DNA of 64,000 bases from Octopus vulgaris (GCA_951406725.2 OX597816.1:70742001-70806000), one strand, 5' to 3'. Positions 26,367-40,190 are shown, counted from the stretch's first letter. The notes: generated by a model from the sequence alone, not told the origin. Numbers and translations: made by a program.

Positions 26367-26971
26367 TACTTCCTCCTCCTTTTCTTCCTTCTCTTCTTCC
26401 TCCTCCACTTCTTCTTCCTCTTCTTCCTCCTCCACCTCTTCTTCCTCCTCCAATTCTTCCTCCTCTTCTTTTCCCTCCTCTTCTCTTCTTTCTTCCTTCC
26501 TCCTCCAATTCTTCCTCCTCTTCTTTTCCCTCCTCTTCTCTTCTTTCTTCCTTCCTCCTCCACTTCTTCCTCCTCCACTTCTTCTTCGTCCTCTTCTTCT
26601 TCCTCCTCTTCTTCGCCCTCTCCCTCCTCCACTTCTTCTTCTGCTTCCTCCACTTCTTCTTCTGCTTCCTCCACTTCTTCTTCTGCTTCCTCCACTTCTT
26701 CTTCTGCTTCCTCCACTTCTTCTACTTCCTTCTCTTCTTCCTCCTCCACTTCTTCTTCCCTTTCCTCCTCTACTTCTTCCTCCTCTACTTCTTCCTCTTC
26801 CTCCTTTTCTTCTCCCTCCTCTTCTCTTCTTCCTTCTTCCTCTTCTTACTCCCCCTCTTACTCCTCTTCCTCATCATCATCATCTTGGTTGTCATCTTCG
26901 TCATCATTATCATCATCGACATCATTATCATCATCGACATCATCATCATCATCAACAACATCATCATCATC
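26367..26971 (+). repeat. (CTT/CCT)n low-complexity tract followed by (CAT)n
   Basis: Direct reading; includes a 21-bp subunit CTTCTTCTTCTGCTTCCTCCA. Confidence 0.95.
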
Positions 26972-27336
26972 CTTTAACATTCATGTTCCATGCTGACATG
27001 GAACTGGAGGTATGACAGGATTCTCTGGGTCCAAGAACTGCATGATGCTCCAGTGTCTGCTTTGACATGGTTGCTATGGCTAGCAACCAGTTTACTGCAA
27101 GTACCAGGTGCTTTTTTTATGTGCCACCGTCACGAGGGCCTGTTTGGCGGTACTGGCAATAGCCACACTCAAATGGTGTTTCTTATGTGCCACCTGCACA
27201 GGAGTCAGTCCAGCGGCACTGGCAACGACCTTGCTCAAATTTTGTTTTTCACATGCCACCGGCACGGAAGCCAGATAGTTGCTCTGGCAGTGATCCCGCT
27301 CGGATGGAGCTGTTAGCGCTCCACTGGCACGAACAG

Positions 27337-27380
<44 letters not shown>

Positions 27381-28160
27381 GCACAAACACACACATATGA
27401 CGAGCCTCCTTCAGTTTCCATCTACCAAATCCACTTACAAAACGTTGGTTGGCCTGGGGCTATAACAGAAGACAATTGCCTAAGGTGTCAAGCTGTTAGA
27501 ATGAACCCAGAACCATGTTGTTGGGAAGCTAACTTCTTACCACACAGCTACACCTGTACCTACCAAAGCAACACTTATGCATATTCCTTATTCAAAATAT
27601 GCATGTTAGTAACCTCAAAGGAAGGTCATGAAACTGTTGTCTATAATATTTTGTTTTCCAATGAACTTAGATCAGCAAGATAAATCATGTCTGTGCAAGT
27701 GCACACAGACATGGTTTATGTGCTATCAGTTTGTGCACTATTTTGTATTTTTGGGGTCAGTTTCTGCAGCGTTATCTATTTTCTATAGTGGGCTGCATGG
27801 TTAAATGGTTTGCTTCCCAATCACATGCTCTTGCGATTTATTCCATCATGTCACACCTGGGGCAGGTGTTTTCTACTGTAGCCCCAGGTTAACCAAAGCC
27901 TTGTAAGTGGATTTGGTCAATGGTAACTGAAAGAAGCCCATTGTATACATAAATGAATATATATATATATATATATTAGAGATAATATCTTTCATTATTA
28001 ATTGAATTACTTTATGGAGGTTCTGTCTCTTAAATCTATATATATTTAAGATATCGTGAAATTTTATTTAGTATTTCTAAATTGAGTTTGTTTTCCCCTG
28101 TTGCCTTGGAATTTTATATTCCCTGCTATTAATAATTATATATATTTATACATATGTATA

Positions 28161-28211
<51 letters not shown>

Positions 28212-29163
28212 CTCCTTGTCTTGACATCACATGCTAGTTGTAAATGAGTGTAACCAGCCTACTTATGCGTACATTCCCTTCATTTGATACTGCTTGCGAA
28301 GACCTGTTGAGGCAAGTGAAATCGAAATCAAATTCGATCATTGGCATCCATGCTAGTGGAGCACTAAGAGCACCATCCGAGCGTGATCGTTGCCAGAGCG
28401 GCTAACTGGCGTCCGTGCCGGTGACACGTAAAATGCACCATTTGAGCGTGATCGTTACCAGCGTCGCCTTACTGGCACTTGTGCCAGTGTGCAGGTGGCA
28501 CGTAAAAAAAAAATACCAGTTGGGCCAGTACCGCCTGACTGGCCCTCGTGCCGGTGGCATGTAAAAGCACCCACTACAGTCTTTGAGTGGTTGGCGTTAG
28601 GAAGGGCAGCCAGGTGCAGCCATCTGGTTCACCAGTCCTCAGTCAAATCGTCCAACCCATGCTAGCATGGAAAGCAGATGTTAAATGATGATGATGATAT
28701 GATAAAAGCTTTTAATATAGATTGCTTTCAAAGTAAAAGTTAGTTTCTTAGAACCAGGTGCAGTCTCAGGCTGGTTTGTATCAAAAGAATTAAACTAAGT
28801 CCAAGTCATTGCCCTGAGTTAAATAAACTCTTGTGTGTTTCCATGGTGCTGAAACTATTGCTTTTGTTTGAGAGCCCTACCTTACTGCAGTACCTATTGG
28901 TGGGCTTGGCCACAAACACAAATCAATGCAAGTGACTGGATATAAACTCACTGATCTTGAGATTGATTGTCTGGTAAACGAATATTTAAACTTCCTGCAT
29001 TGTCCTGGTATAATAAATGCAAGTTAAATTACTTACACTTCACTGGGTGTAGTCAAGTGGGAAGGATTAGTCAACCAGTAAGTTGTAAACACATCATAAA
29101 TTAGAATCAAATTGCTTTGACCTTTCTTAGATATAAATTGTAGAGCTTGGTACTGTGTGTGTT

Positions 29164-29560
29164 ACTCTTTTACTTGTTTCAGTCATTTGATTGTGGCCAT
29201 GCTGGAGCACTGCCTTTAGTCGAGCAAATCGACCCCAGGACTTATTATTTGTAAGCCTAGTACTTATTCTATTGGTCTCTTTTGCCGAACCGCTAAGTTA
29301 CAGGGACGTAAACACACCAGCATCAGTTGTCAAGCGATGTTGGGGGGGACAAACACAGACACACATACGTATACACACACATACATATACACATATACGA
29401 CGGGCTTCTTTCAGTTTCTGTCTACCAAATCCACTCACAAAGCTTTGGTCGACCCGTGGCTATAGTAGAAGACACTTGCCCAAGGTGCCACGCAGTGGGA
29501 CTGAACCCGGAACCATGTGGTTCGTAAGCAAGCTACTTACCACACAGCCACTCCTACGCC
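29164..29560 (-). mobile_element. tRNA-derived SINE family A (near full-length example)
   Basis: Head GGCGCAGGAGTGGCTGTGTGG..GGTTCAGTCCC, CCTTGGGCAAGT core-like segment, internal (TA)/(TG), 3' GAAACAAGTAAAAGA. About 20 further copies or fragments, e.g. 385, 11041, 20362, 29605, 30359, 34084, 43186, 46664, 50062, 63672. Confidence 0.85.
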
Positions 29561-29766
29561 TATCTTATTAACTAGTTTCTTTTTTTTTTTCTTTTTTTTT
29601 TTTTCTTTTACTTGTTTCAGTCATTTGACTGCGGCCATGCTGGAGCACCGCCTTTAGTCGAGCAACTCGACCCCGGGACTTATTCTTTGTAAGCCCAGTA
29701 CTTATTCTATCGGTCTCTTTTTGCCGAACCGCTAAGTGATGGGGATGTAAACACACCAGCACACAA

Positions 29767-29819
<53 letters not shown>

Positions 29820-31080
29820 ACAGGCTTCTTTCAGTTTCCGTCTACCAAATCCACTCACAAGGCATTGGTCGGCCCGAGGCTATAATAGAAGACACTTGCC
29901 CAAGATGCCACGCAGTGGGACTGAACCCGGAACCATGTGGTTGGTTAGCAAGCTACTTACCACACAGCCACTCCTGCGCCTATTTGTTTGTTTATTTTTC
30001 TTGAAGATAATTACATTTTGAATGTATGACATTAAAATATATATATTTTTATGCCATACATATATATGTATATACATATATATATACATACATATATATA
30101 CAGGTGGCATGTAAAAAGCACCCACTACACTCACGGAGTGGTTGGCGTTAGGAAGGGCATCCAGCTGTAGAAACACTGCCAGATAAGACTGGAGCCTGGT
30201 GCAGCCTTCTGGCTTCCCAGATCCCCGGTCGAACCGTCCAACCCATGCTAGCATGGAGAACGGACGTTAAACGACGACGATGATGATGATGATATACATA
30301 CATACAAACAAAATATATATATTTTAACGTCATACATATATAATATATATATATATTAGGCACAGGAGTGGCTGTGTGGCAAGTAGCTTGCTTACCAACC
30401 ACATGGTTCCAGGTTCATTCCCACTGCATGGCACCTTGGGAAAGTCTCTTCTATTGTAGCCGCAGACCAACCAAATCCTTGTGAATGGATTCAGTTGGCA
30501 GAAACTGAAAGAAGCCTGTCATATATGTGTGTGTCTTTGTGTTTGTCTCCTACTGCCACTTGATAACCGATGATGGTTTGTCTTCATCCCTGTAACTTAG
30601 CAGTTTGGCAAAAAAGATTGACAAAATAAGTACCAGGCTTCAAAATGAGTACTGGGCTTTGATTTGTTCAATGAAAAAACTAAAAAAAAAAAATCTTTGA
30701 GGCAGTGCTCTAGCATGTCCACAGTCTAATGACTGAAACAAGTAAATGATAAAAAAAAGTTTCTTATTAAAAAGCAATAATGACATGGAAGAATAATTTT
30801 AGAAATTCATATGAAGGGTGTTGGTTGATAATTTATCAATAATTCAAAGAAGCGGGTCACTGATTTAAGAAGTTTGCCAATTCTTGATCTGGAGGGAGGG
30901 AGTGAGCGGGAGATAGATGGATTTGATGATGAATACACTGTAAACTGTGACGACGACGATCAGGACAATGATGATGATGATGATACTACAAAATGTAAAT
31001 AAGTTTAACATTTCAGGAGAGTGGAAAAGAACATTAAAGGGAACTTAATACTTCTGTAGTTTTGCATTGTTAAAAATAAA

Positions 31081-32569
31081 CTAGCATTGTGACCATACGA
31101 ATACTGTCCAAGTCTCTGTCCAATCACATACAGCTGACTGGCATTCAATTGGCGTATCAAGTTTCAGGCATTTTGATTGGGTTTTGGGTTTTGGATAGAA
31201 AATTCACAAAAAAAAGTCACTTCTAATGATTTTTTAATGGCTTTGAGGGGTGACAGGTGGAAAGTAAAGATGTGCACGACCACCCTTGGATGGTTTTGAA
31301 TGACCATAGAAAGTGCGAGCCCTCTAACTGAAATATTGTGGATTTGTATAAAGGACACACACACAGACAGACATTTTGCCGTTTATATAGAGACTAGCAG
31401 TATCGCCCGGCGTTGCTCGGGTTGTAAGGGAAATAACTATATAAGCATTTTTAGAGAGTTATAGCCAAAAAATAGCAAAAAAATGCATTAAAAATTGAAA
31501 AAAAATTAAGGTAAATTTTTTTTAAATCGTTGACATATCGTAGATATTTTTAGAGAGTTACTTCCCTTATATAAAAGCGAAAAAAATGCATTAAAATGGA
31601 AAAATATGATGGTAAATTTTTTTTAAATCGTAGACTCATCGTAGACGCGCGCTAATACCCAGAAGGGCTCGATATGAATCACGACTATAAGATACCCGCT
31701 TTTGGTTAAACTGCACCGCAAAATGTGGGAGTAGTTACGAATCTAAATCGAAGGGGACAGACACACAACTTCACTCTTATATAAAGATGCTTTTTTTTTT
31801 TCAGTCATAGAGTTAGATTTATGATGGTCTTCAGTAGAAAATCCTTCGAATTCTGACTCGCTGCTTGATATAATGAAATTCGTATCCATTTTTTGTCAGA
31901 ATTACAAATTTTGAAAACACAATAGGAACAAATTTCGGAAAAAAATCTCCCATAATTCACGGAATTAAAATTACACTTCGATTTTTGTACAAAACTGTAT
32001 TTGAAGTGTTTACGAAGTATAATACGTGTTTTCACGAATGTACTAAAGAGATTTACTCTGATATTCTCATTTAAATATGAATAGGTAAATTTGGGCGGTT
32101 TGGTAACGAAAGGGTTTATATAAGTGTCGTCTGTTTATACATAAACACTGTTTCATACTTTCAGTTTAGTCTTCCTCAAATCACTCTGTCGCTAATTTAC
32201 TCTCTTCCAAGAACATTTTCACTCACTCTTATCTGTTAGCTTCCCATACATTTTACTCATGTATCTATCAGCGTGATAGACAGAAACAAATATTTCATCT
32301 AGTTTCACTTTATTCGTTGCACACTGTGTGTGTGCGTTTGCGTGTGCTGTAAACCAGACTAAGAAAAGCATTTGACATACACACCAGAATGTGAGTTTTC
32401 TGTAAATTTTGCTTAATTGGAGTTTAAATTTTAAAAACTGGACCTGGCATGACCCGATGCATTCTACTCTTAAAAATGCTAGGTAAATTGTAATTGAAGA
32501 AATCCTATATTGTAGATTTCTATAACTTACAAAGGGAGGCAGATAAAATCTGCCTTTTATAATAAGAGA
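31081..32569 (-). mobile_element. Tandem/composite non-autonomous Helitrons (31081-31393, 31394-31787, and a 5' portion to 32569)
   Basis: CTAG 3' ends at 31081 and 31394; TC 5' ends at 31393, 31787 and 32569; 31394 has the same 3' hairpin as the 7041 end. Confidence 0.8.
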
Positions 32570-32645
32570 TGTAATAATTTTGAACGTAATCTATTTTGTT
32601 TTATTTGAATTTATTTAATCTTTCTTTTTTTTCTATTCTTTATAG

Positions 32646-32760
32646 GTTAAATGAAGGCCATACGACATTTGTAGAGAGAAAAATTTGTGCTAAGCTAGGT
32701 TGTGGGGAACCATTAAGAAATCTTTTAGGCATGATTGGAAAAAAATCCTGGGCAGATTAT
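32646..32760 (+). CDS. LTA4H: LTA4H exon with third zinc ligand (WLNEGHTTFVERKIC...KKSWADY)
   Basis: tatag/gtgagt, 115 bp; after splicing, E lies 18 residues after HEXXH. Confidence 0.96.
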
Positions 32761-33366
32761 GTGAGTTTCAGCATTTTTTTTTGCACTCCATGTTATTGTC
32801 CCCTACTGCCACTTGATAACCGGTGATGGTTTGTCTACTTCCCTGTAACTTAACAGTTTGGCAAAAATAGACTGATAAAATAAATACCAGGCTTCAAAGC
32901 GAGTACTGGGCTTTGATTTGTTCAATGAAAAAACAAAAAATTTTTGAGGCAGTTCTCTAGCATGACCACAGTCTAATGACTAAAACAAGTAAAAGATTTC
33001 TTATTAAAAAACAATAATAACCACTGCAATCAAAACAGACTTTTGTAAACTGTTGGTCCTAATTTTGCAGCTAAACATCAACTTCTTTCTCATTGCCTAG
33101 CCATTGCCTTTTTTTTTTTTTTTTTTATCTCTGTTCATATACAATGGTGTGAAAAGAAGTTCCAGCTACGTAGTTTCAGGTTCAGTCCTTCTGTGTGGTA
33201 CCTTAGGCAAGTGTCTTCTACTATAGCTCCTTTGGTTATCTCCAGGCCAACCAAAGTTTCGCAAGTGGATTTGGTAGATGGGAACTGAAAACACCTGTTG
33301 TATGCATGTATATGTGTGTATATGTTTATCAACATATGTGCATGTGTGTGTGTGTCTGTGTATAAG

Positions 33367-33421
33367 CCACACTGATGAGGCTCAGGGTTTAAATACCCAA
33401 AAGCCAAAACCCGGTTTGTGG
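33367..33421 (+). ncRNA. Degenerate type I hammerhead motif (Penelope-like remnant)
   Basis: CCACA-CTGATGA-GGCT..GGGT/ACCC..AGCC-AAAAC-CCG-GTT-TGTGG; G12 mutated to A. Confidence 0.6.
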
Positions 33422-33742
33422 ATATCCCTAATTGCATAATATTTTTTATTTGTGCTGTTAAATGTTTTAATCCTTTCTGTTTTCCTTGTATACTGTTTTT
33501 CTTTGTTATCTTGGTGCGGTATAGTGGATAAATTTAAGACTTTAGCTCTTATTTCTAGCAGGTGGATGCTTGTTAAGTATCCTTACGCTTTGTACAAATT
33601 TATTATTCATAGCTATTTAATGCTATTGCGCCTGCGATCCACCTATGTCACTACTGGTGATATCATCAATTTTCAAATTTATCCACAGATGATATGAACA
33701 GTAGTGACGTCTGATTTCAAATCTCAGTGTTTGAATGCTTTG

Positions 33743-33812
<70 letters not shown>

Positions 33813-34970
33813 CGCGCTTCCTTATCTTGATAACACTTAGTAGTTGTAAAACCAGTGTCACTATCAAATAAGCTGTATCATTTGTTTCCAACCTTCTGTA
33901 ACACCCTGCTATCTCCTGTCTTGGCACGTTTGTTCATTATCTCCACTATGACATGCCTTAGCATGTCTCCTACACAATGTTTTAAAATGCCTGTGACAAA
34001 CACGTCTATTACTTCTCTCTATCATGTCATAATGTTAACATCTTTGTCACTTGTTTTTGTTATGTGCTATCATTGCATATCTAGGCGCAGGCATGGCTGT
34101 GTAGTAAGAAGCTTGCTTCCCAATCTCATGGTTCCAGGTTCAGTCCCACCGCATGACACCTTCGGCATGTGTTTTCTACTATAGCCTTGGGCCAACCAAA
34201 GCCTTACGAGTAGATTTGGTTGATGGAGACTGGAAGAAGCCCATTGTATATATAAATATCTATATACACCCGTGCTGGTGACACGTGAAAAGCACCGTCC
34301 GAACGTGGCAGATGCCAGCGCCGCCTGACTGGCGTCCGTGTCGGTGACATGTAAAAGCACCAACCAATCATGGCCGTTTGCCAGCCTGTTCTGGCCCCTG
34401 TGCCAGTGGCACGTAAAAAAACACCCACTACACTCACGGTGTGTTTGGCGTTAGGAAGGGCATCCAGCTGTAGAAACACTGCCAAATCAGACTAGAGCCT
34501 CGTGCAGCCTCCATGGCTTCCAGACTCCGGTCAAACCATCCAACCCATGCTAGCATGGAAAACGGACGTTAAATGATGATGATGATGATGATGTGTCTTT
34601 GTATTTGTGTTTGTTTACTACCGCTGATTGACAACTGGTGTTAGTCACTTTACATCCCTGTAACTTTACGGTTTGGATAAAAGTGACCAATAGAATAAAT
34701 ACCAGGCTTAAAAAGAAAAAAAAACAACACCGGGGTTGATTAGTTCAACTAAATTTTCTTCAAGGCAGTGCTCCAGCATGGCTGCAGTTTAATGACAGAA
34801 ACCAGTAAAAGATAAAGATAAAAGATTTGTTACTTTTCTCTGTTATGACACGCTCTTACATATCTCTTCTGGCCCCTTATTATCCCATGCCAAAACAAGT
34901 TTGTCACTTATAATGTATTATGTGATATCATGACATTCCTGTCACTTGTGTCTGTTCTTACTTTTGGTAG

Positions 34971-35115
34971 GTTAATAATCCGAACACTAAGCCTAATTTT
35001 ACTCGATTGGTACCCGAACTCAAAGGAGTATCTCCTGATGACTCCTTTTCTTCTGTGCCTTATGAAAAAGGCTATGCCTTACTCTATTATTTGGAAGACC
35101 TTGTTGGTGGACCAG
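34971..35115 (+). CDS. LTA4H: LTA4H exon with catalytic Tyr (…[30 protein letters not shown])
   Basis: ggtag/gtttgt, 145 bp; SSVPYEKG motif. Confidence 0.96.
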
Positions 35116-35427
35116 GTTTGTGTTTTATATATTAATTATGTATTAATTATTTTACCAACTTGGATTTCTTATCATAACATAAAATATCCAAGTAATTAAT
35201 ATGTACTCAATGAGATTAGCTCTCTTGTGTGACCCTTCTGTTTGGCATTCGCCATGATAGGTCGCTAGCCACTACACACATTTTTTTCTCTCCTTGTTTC
35301 TTTCTGTGTTCCTTTCTGTGGAAGAGCGTAGGCTCAAAACATTAAAGACTTTTTCACTTACCGAGCGTTATACTAATACATCTGTTTGTTGTCTACACCA
35401 CCTGTCTTTGTCTTTTGTTTTTCTCCC

Positions 35428-35462
<35 letters not shown>

Positions 35463-36900
35463 TTACCAGGGAAAGGTTGATAAGGATTTTGAAGTTTTGG
35501 CTTATTTGTCATCATCAAACTGTGGTTTACTTTAGTTCTTTCTAGCTTTAGATTTTGGCAGGTTGTTCCTTCAATAGGTAGAGTAATGTAAATGAGGTTT
35601 CGGCTTGGTGTAGGCATAGAAGGGAAGTAGCTTACTCTTTAACTTTCAAACCTGACTGAATCCTAAACAATAACAAAATTCTCCTATCAAACCTGAATGA
35701 CTCTCTCCACCATACCTTTCTTTCAGCTTACACCCTGCAAGCTCATATCTCCTTATGTTCTTTTCTGTTTTCTTCCTTTCCTATGTAACCATTTCTCCTG
35801 TCTACCAACACCACATCTAATCTTCCTTCACATTATTCTTTCTGCCAAAACCCATATAAAATCAGAACAAGTCAAAGTAAACCACATTCTAATAATATTG
35901 AACAAGCCAAAACTTTGAAGGCATTATCAACCATTTCTTTGTAACAATTAATAATATACTCTTCTAAAAAGTACTGAGTAATCCTTCAGTTAATGTTAAA
36001 TTAGTTTTTTAATATAACTTCACAGAAAGAAGAAAAAAAACATTCATGTATGTTTGTGTGTGTGTGTGTGTATGTGTGTGTACAGAAACACACACACACA
36101 TACACACAAGTATTTTGCATTATATGTGTATAGAAAAATGTATCTGGACAGAATGTTTCATTCAGTCAACCTGATCAACAGACCGAGAAGAAATTGAATA
36201 TACATACATGCACACACACACACACACACACGGTCATCTGAGGAAAACCAGCAATATTCCTGGTCAACTTTCACCAGGATGATAAGATCTAAAGAAGAGG
36301 GCAATGCCAAGGTCATTTTAGATCAACCTGTACCAAGGAAATAAGGTTTTGGGTGCTAAAATCTAAAAAAAAAAAATAGCATACAAGAAGAGAATAAAGC
36401 TTTGGGTTAAGACTGATCAGAGAGGGCAAACTACAACAGAAAGTTTAAGATAATTGGGTGACATTAGCAAACTGTAGCATCGTAGTTCATTTTTGGTCTG
36501 CCTGCATCAAGGAGATAGCAATAACTGTGTTAGATGTACAGATCAAGGGCTGTATTTGTGGGTTTTTTTTTTTTAAATATGACCCTCACTGAGAATAGAT
36601 AGTCTTTATGTAAGATTTCAAGAGCTAAGTCTTTTTTCTCCTTTTTTCAGAAAAATATTAAATCTGTTTTATATAGTAAACTAAATTAAATGTAATTTAC
36701 CATTATTTTAATGGATTAGCAGAATCCTAAGCACATTGGACAAAATACTGAGAGGCATTTAGTTACAGCTTAACTTTTGTGTTCAGTTTCTTCTGAGGGT
36801 TGATAAAATAAAGTTTGCAAGCTAAAGGTTGATTTCCGATTTCTATAATACATCTAAGATATGAAAAAAAGTCTAAGACTATTCTGTTTCATTTCCACAG

Positions 36901-37004
36901 AGGTTTTTGAACCATTTTTAAAAGCTTACATTGAACATTTCAAGTATCATTCAATTAACTCTCACCAATGGAAAGAGTTCCTGTTGTCTTACTTTACAGA
37001 AAAG
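36901..37004 (+). CDS. LTA4H: LTA4H exon (EVFEPFLKAYIEHFKYHSINSHQWKEFLLSYFTEK)
   Basis: cacag/gtaaat, 104 bp, phase compatible. Confidence 0.95.
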
Positions 37005-37041
37005 GTAAATATATATTTATATTCTACTATTTTAAATAGAA

Positions 37042-37391
37042 CTAGCACTATGACCTGGCAACACCGGGTCATAGTGCTAGTGCATGCATATACAGCTGCA
37101 TGTGTGCGCACATACACGTGAGTACTGTCCAAATCTCTGACCAATCACATACAGCTAGCTGGCATTCAATTGGCGTATCAAGTTTTGGGCATTTTTATTG
37201 GGTTTTGGATAGAAAATTCACAAAAAAGTCACTTGATTTTTTAATGGCTTTGCGGGGTGACTGGGGAAATGTAAAGATATGCACGACCACCCTTGGACGG
37301 TTTGAATGACCATAGAAAGTGCGAGTCCACTAACTGAAAAATTGTGGATTTGTATAAAGGACACACACACAGACAGACAGACATTTTGCCG

Positions 37392-37429
<38 letters not shown>
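37042..37429 (-). mobile_element. Non-autonomous Helitron (same family as 31081-31393)
   Basis: CTAG end within the hairpin ACTAGCACTATGACC...GGTCATAGTGCTAGT; shared body; 5' TC followed by expanded (TA)n. Confidence 0.8.
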
Positions 37430-37673
37430 TTATGTTGACATTGTTATTGGATATTGCTGTTATTGACCAGTGGTAATTTGGCCCTAGATCCAGGTTACCA
37501 CTGATCAAGCAGACTTAGGATCAAAGATACCAGTTGTAGCCATCATTCTAACCTTTCCTTAGATTGGCTGCACTGCCTTCAGTGCTCGAGTGCCAACAGG
37601 TAGTACACTTGTGGTTACATAACCAAGATTTGATCTTGATCCTCCAGTTTTCTTTCTTGTGTTACAGAGTAAA

Positions 37674-38735
37674 CATGTCTGCTCTGCTGACTGTGTACAC
37701 CAAGGAAGGACTGAGATCAGTGATCCAATTCCTCTGGTTTAAAAGTGTGTTGGGCCGAAATTCACTGTAGGCTTTCAGTACAATATGTAGACAGTGGTCT
37801 CTCATGTAGAAGTGTGTATGAGTTGATCACAAAGTTTGGAAAAGGTCAGACAAGCATAAAGAACGAAGAGGGAGTAGAATGTCCATCAACATCTGCCACT
37901 GATGTGAAGATGCAACAAGCTCAAGAGATGGTTCTGGTGAAGCAACAAGTGACCATTGAGGAAGTGGCATGTTCTCTGCAAACTAGTCATGGGTCTGCAT
38001 TCAAAATCATCCACAACAGGTTCCACTTCTATAAAGTCTGTGCAAGATGGGTGCCAAGAGAGCTTGCCAAAGCACGTAAATGCAGTCATGTAAAGATCTG
38101 TCAATGCTTACTCAACTGCTAGAATGATGAAGGTGAAGCTTGTTTTGAGAAAATAGTCACAGAAGATGAGATTTGAGTCCATTACTGTGAGCCAGAATCA
38201 AAAAGCAAAGTGTGGAACAGAAACACCCAGAATTGCCAGCAAAAAAGAAATTCAAGACTAAAACTTCTGCATAAAAAAATGATGCTGACTGTTATTTGGG
38301 GTGCAAAAGGCTTTGTACTAGATAGAACATTACTTGGAAAAGGTGTCTACTGTCATCAGTGTAGACTAAATGAAATGCTGGTCAACAAAGTGAAACTAGC
38401 AGTTCATGCCAAATGCTGAGGTCTGTCGTTAAATCAAGTGTTAATGTTGCACAACAATGCACATCCACACCATTGAAATCACTGAAAAATCGGCTTTTGA
38501 GTTGCTGGAACACCCTGCATACAGTTGAGATCTCTCCCATTCCGACTATCACCTCTTTGGACCACCCAAACATGCTTTACAAGGTCATTGATTTGCTACA
38601 GATGATGAAGTGCAGGTACTGGTGCACAAATGCCTGCGCGACTAGCTAAGAACCTTCTCCAATAGAATAAGCAAGCTTGTGGACTATAGGAAGAAATGCA
38701 TTGTAAAGTGAGGAGATTATGTTGAAAACTGATGT
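37674..38735 (+). pseudogene. Decayed mariner (Tc1/mariner) transposase
   Basis: RSVIQFLW..AEIH helix-turn-helix, KVCARWVPREL, IVTEDE, SDYHLFG; stops and frameshifts. Confidence 0.9.
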
Positions 38736-38807
38736 AATTGTTCTTCCTCCAATTTTATTTTAATAAATTTGATAAGGAGAGTGCATATAATTTATTACCT
38801 ATTACCT

Positions 38808-39078
38808 ATTGCGTCATCCCATAAATAATGTGGTTTTTTTATAATTCTTTTATTTTTCAAAATTAAGATAAAGTTCTTTTTTAATCTAAAATATACTCTC
38901 CTTCGTTTTCTACAATGCTCTTCCATCTATCTGATAGACTTGCAAGATCTCTCTTCCAAAATTCACGTGTCCGTGATGAAAAATACTCCTCCAGTACCGT
39001 TCTGACTTCATCTACAGAATTCATATTTTTTTCATCCAAATGATTTCCATGACTATGGAATAAATGATAATTATATTC
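38808..39078 (-). mobile_element. Mariner 3' end (transposase C-terminus plus TIR)
   Basis: YHLF...EYFSSRTREFWKR...DRWKSIVENEGEYILD*; TA-TTGCGTCATCCCATAAATAATG terminus. Confidence 0.8.
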
Positions 39079-39609
39079 CAAGTGGCTGAATATTCCACTG
39101 ACTCCTTTACTCTTAACGTAATCCTCAAGTAGACTTGGTGAAAAGCTGTGTCACAAGGCTGGAATCACATTTGACAGGCTTCTACCAAAGCTTAGAAAGA
39201 AGCTCTAGCTTCTCTCTAAACTTTGGGTTATAGATTAATACAAGGTTGTGTTAGTCTATAACCCAAGTCCATAGTAAAAGACAATATGTAAGGAATATGA
39301 CTCAACAGTGATGCATTGTATGGAGGAAACCTACTGAGATTGGCAAGGAATGAGCTTTAGTCTCATCTGTTCTAATGTTGACTTGAATGACAAGCCAAGT
39401 GCAGATAAGTGTGTGTAAAAGGTAGCTGCTGTCATATGCAAGCAGCGTGGATGTATTAATAGAGACAAAATGTAAATAAAGAAAACCAGTTTTACTTTGT
39501 CATATTTACCTGTTGTTCTGTTAACTCGTTACGTTTATACCTGACTAGGTCAATCTTTTGCAACTTCTTTAACCAAGTTTGTTTCCAATAACAACTTTGC
39601 CACATGGCT

Positions 39610-39945
39610 ATTGTCATCAGCCCACCATCTTCACCGCTCTGCCATCTCCACTTCATTGTAGTCATCACTCTACTATCTTCATCACTCCACCATAGTCATC
39701 ATTCTGCCATCTTCATCACTCCACTTTCTCCATTACTCTGTCATCTCTATCACTCCATCACTCTGTCATCTCTATCACTCCATCATTCCGTCATCTCCAT
39801 CACTCCGTCAACTCCATCACTCAGTCATCTCCATCATTCCACCTTAATCATCACTCTACCATCTTCAGTTTCCCACCATTATCACTACTCTGCTATATTC
39901 ATCACTCCATCATAATCATCAGTCCATCACTCTTCCATCATCTCA
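39610..39945 (+). repeat. Degenerate CATCACTC/CAT-rich repeat
   Basis: Direct reading. Confidence 0.8.
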
Positions 39946-40190
39946 AACTATTGATGCTGTTCCTGAATCTGTATACCATCCATGTAAGTCAGCCAGCCAT
40001 GTAGCTGCTGTGATTTAATTGATGGGTAAAAGGATTTGCCCAGCAAATCTAAGGTTCAAATCCAACCAGTGAATCTGTTGTGTTTTTCTTTTGTTTTTTG
40101 TGGATTTTTTTTTCTTTTTCCAATCATTGTTTATAGTGTCTTCTATCCCATGTCTTTATGATTCCTCCATTTTCAATCTGTTTAACAAAG

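Noticed and set aside
26259-27015. Long poly-E/poly-S/poly-L ORFs on both strands
   Set aside because: Translations of a trinucleotide low-complexity tract in an LTA4H intron.
29191-29571. Recurrent ORFs such as '[31 protein letters not shown]' seen many times
   Set aside because: Antisense translations of SINE-A copies, not a gene family.
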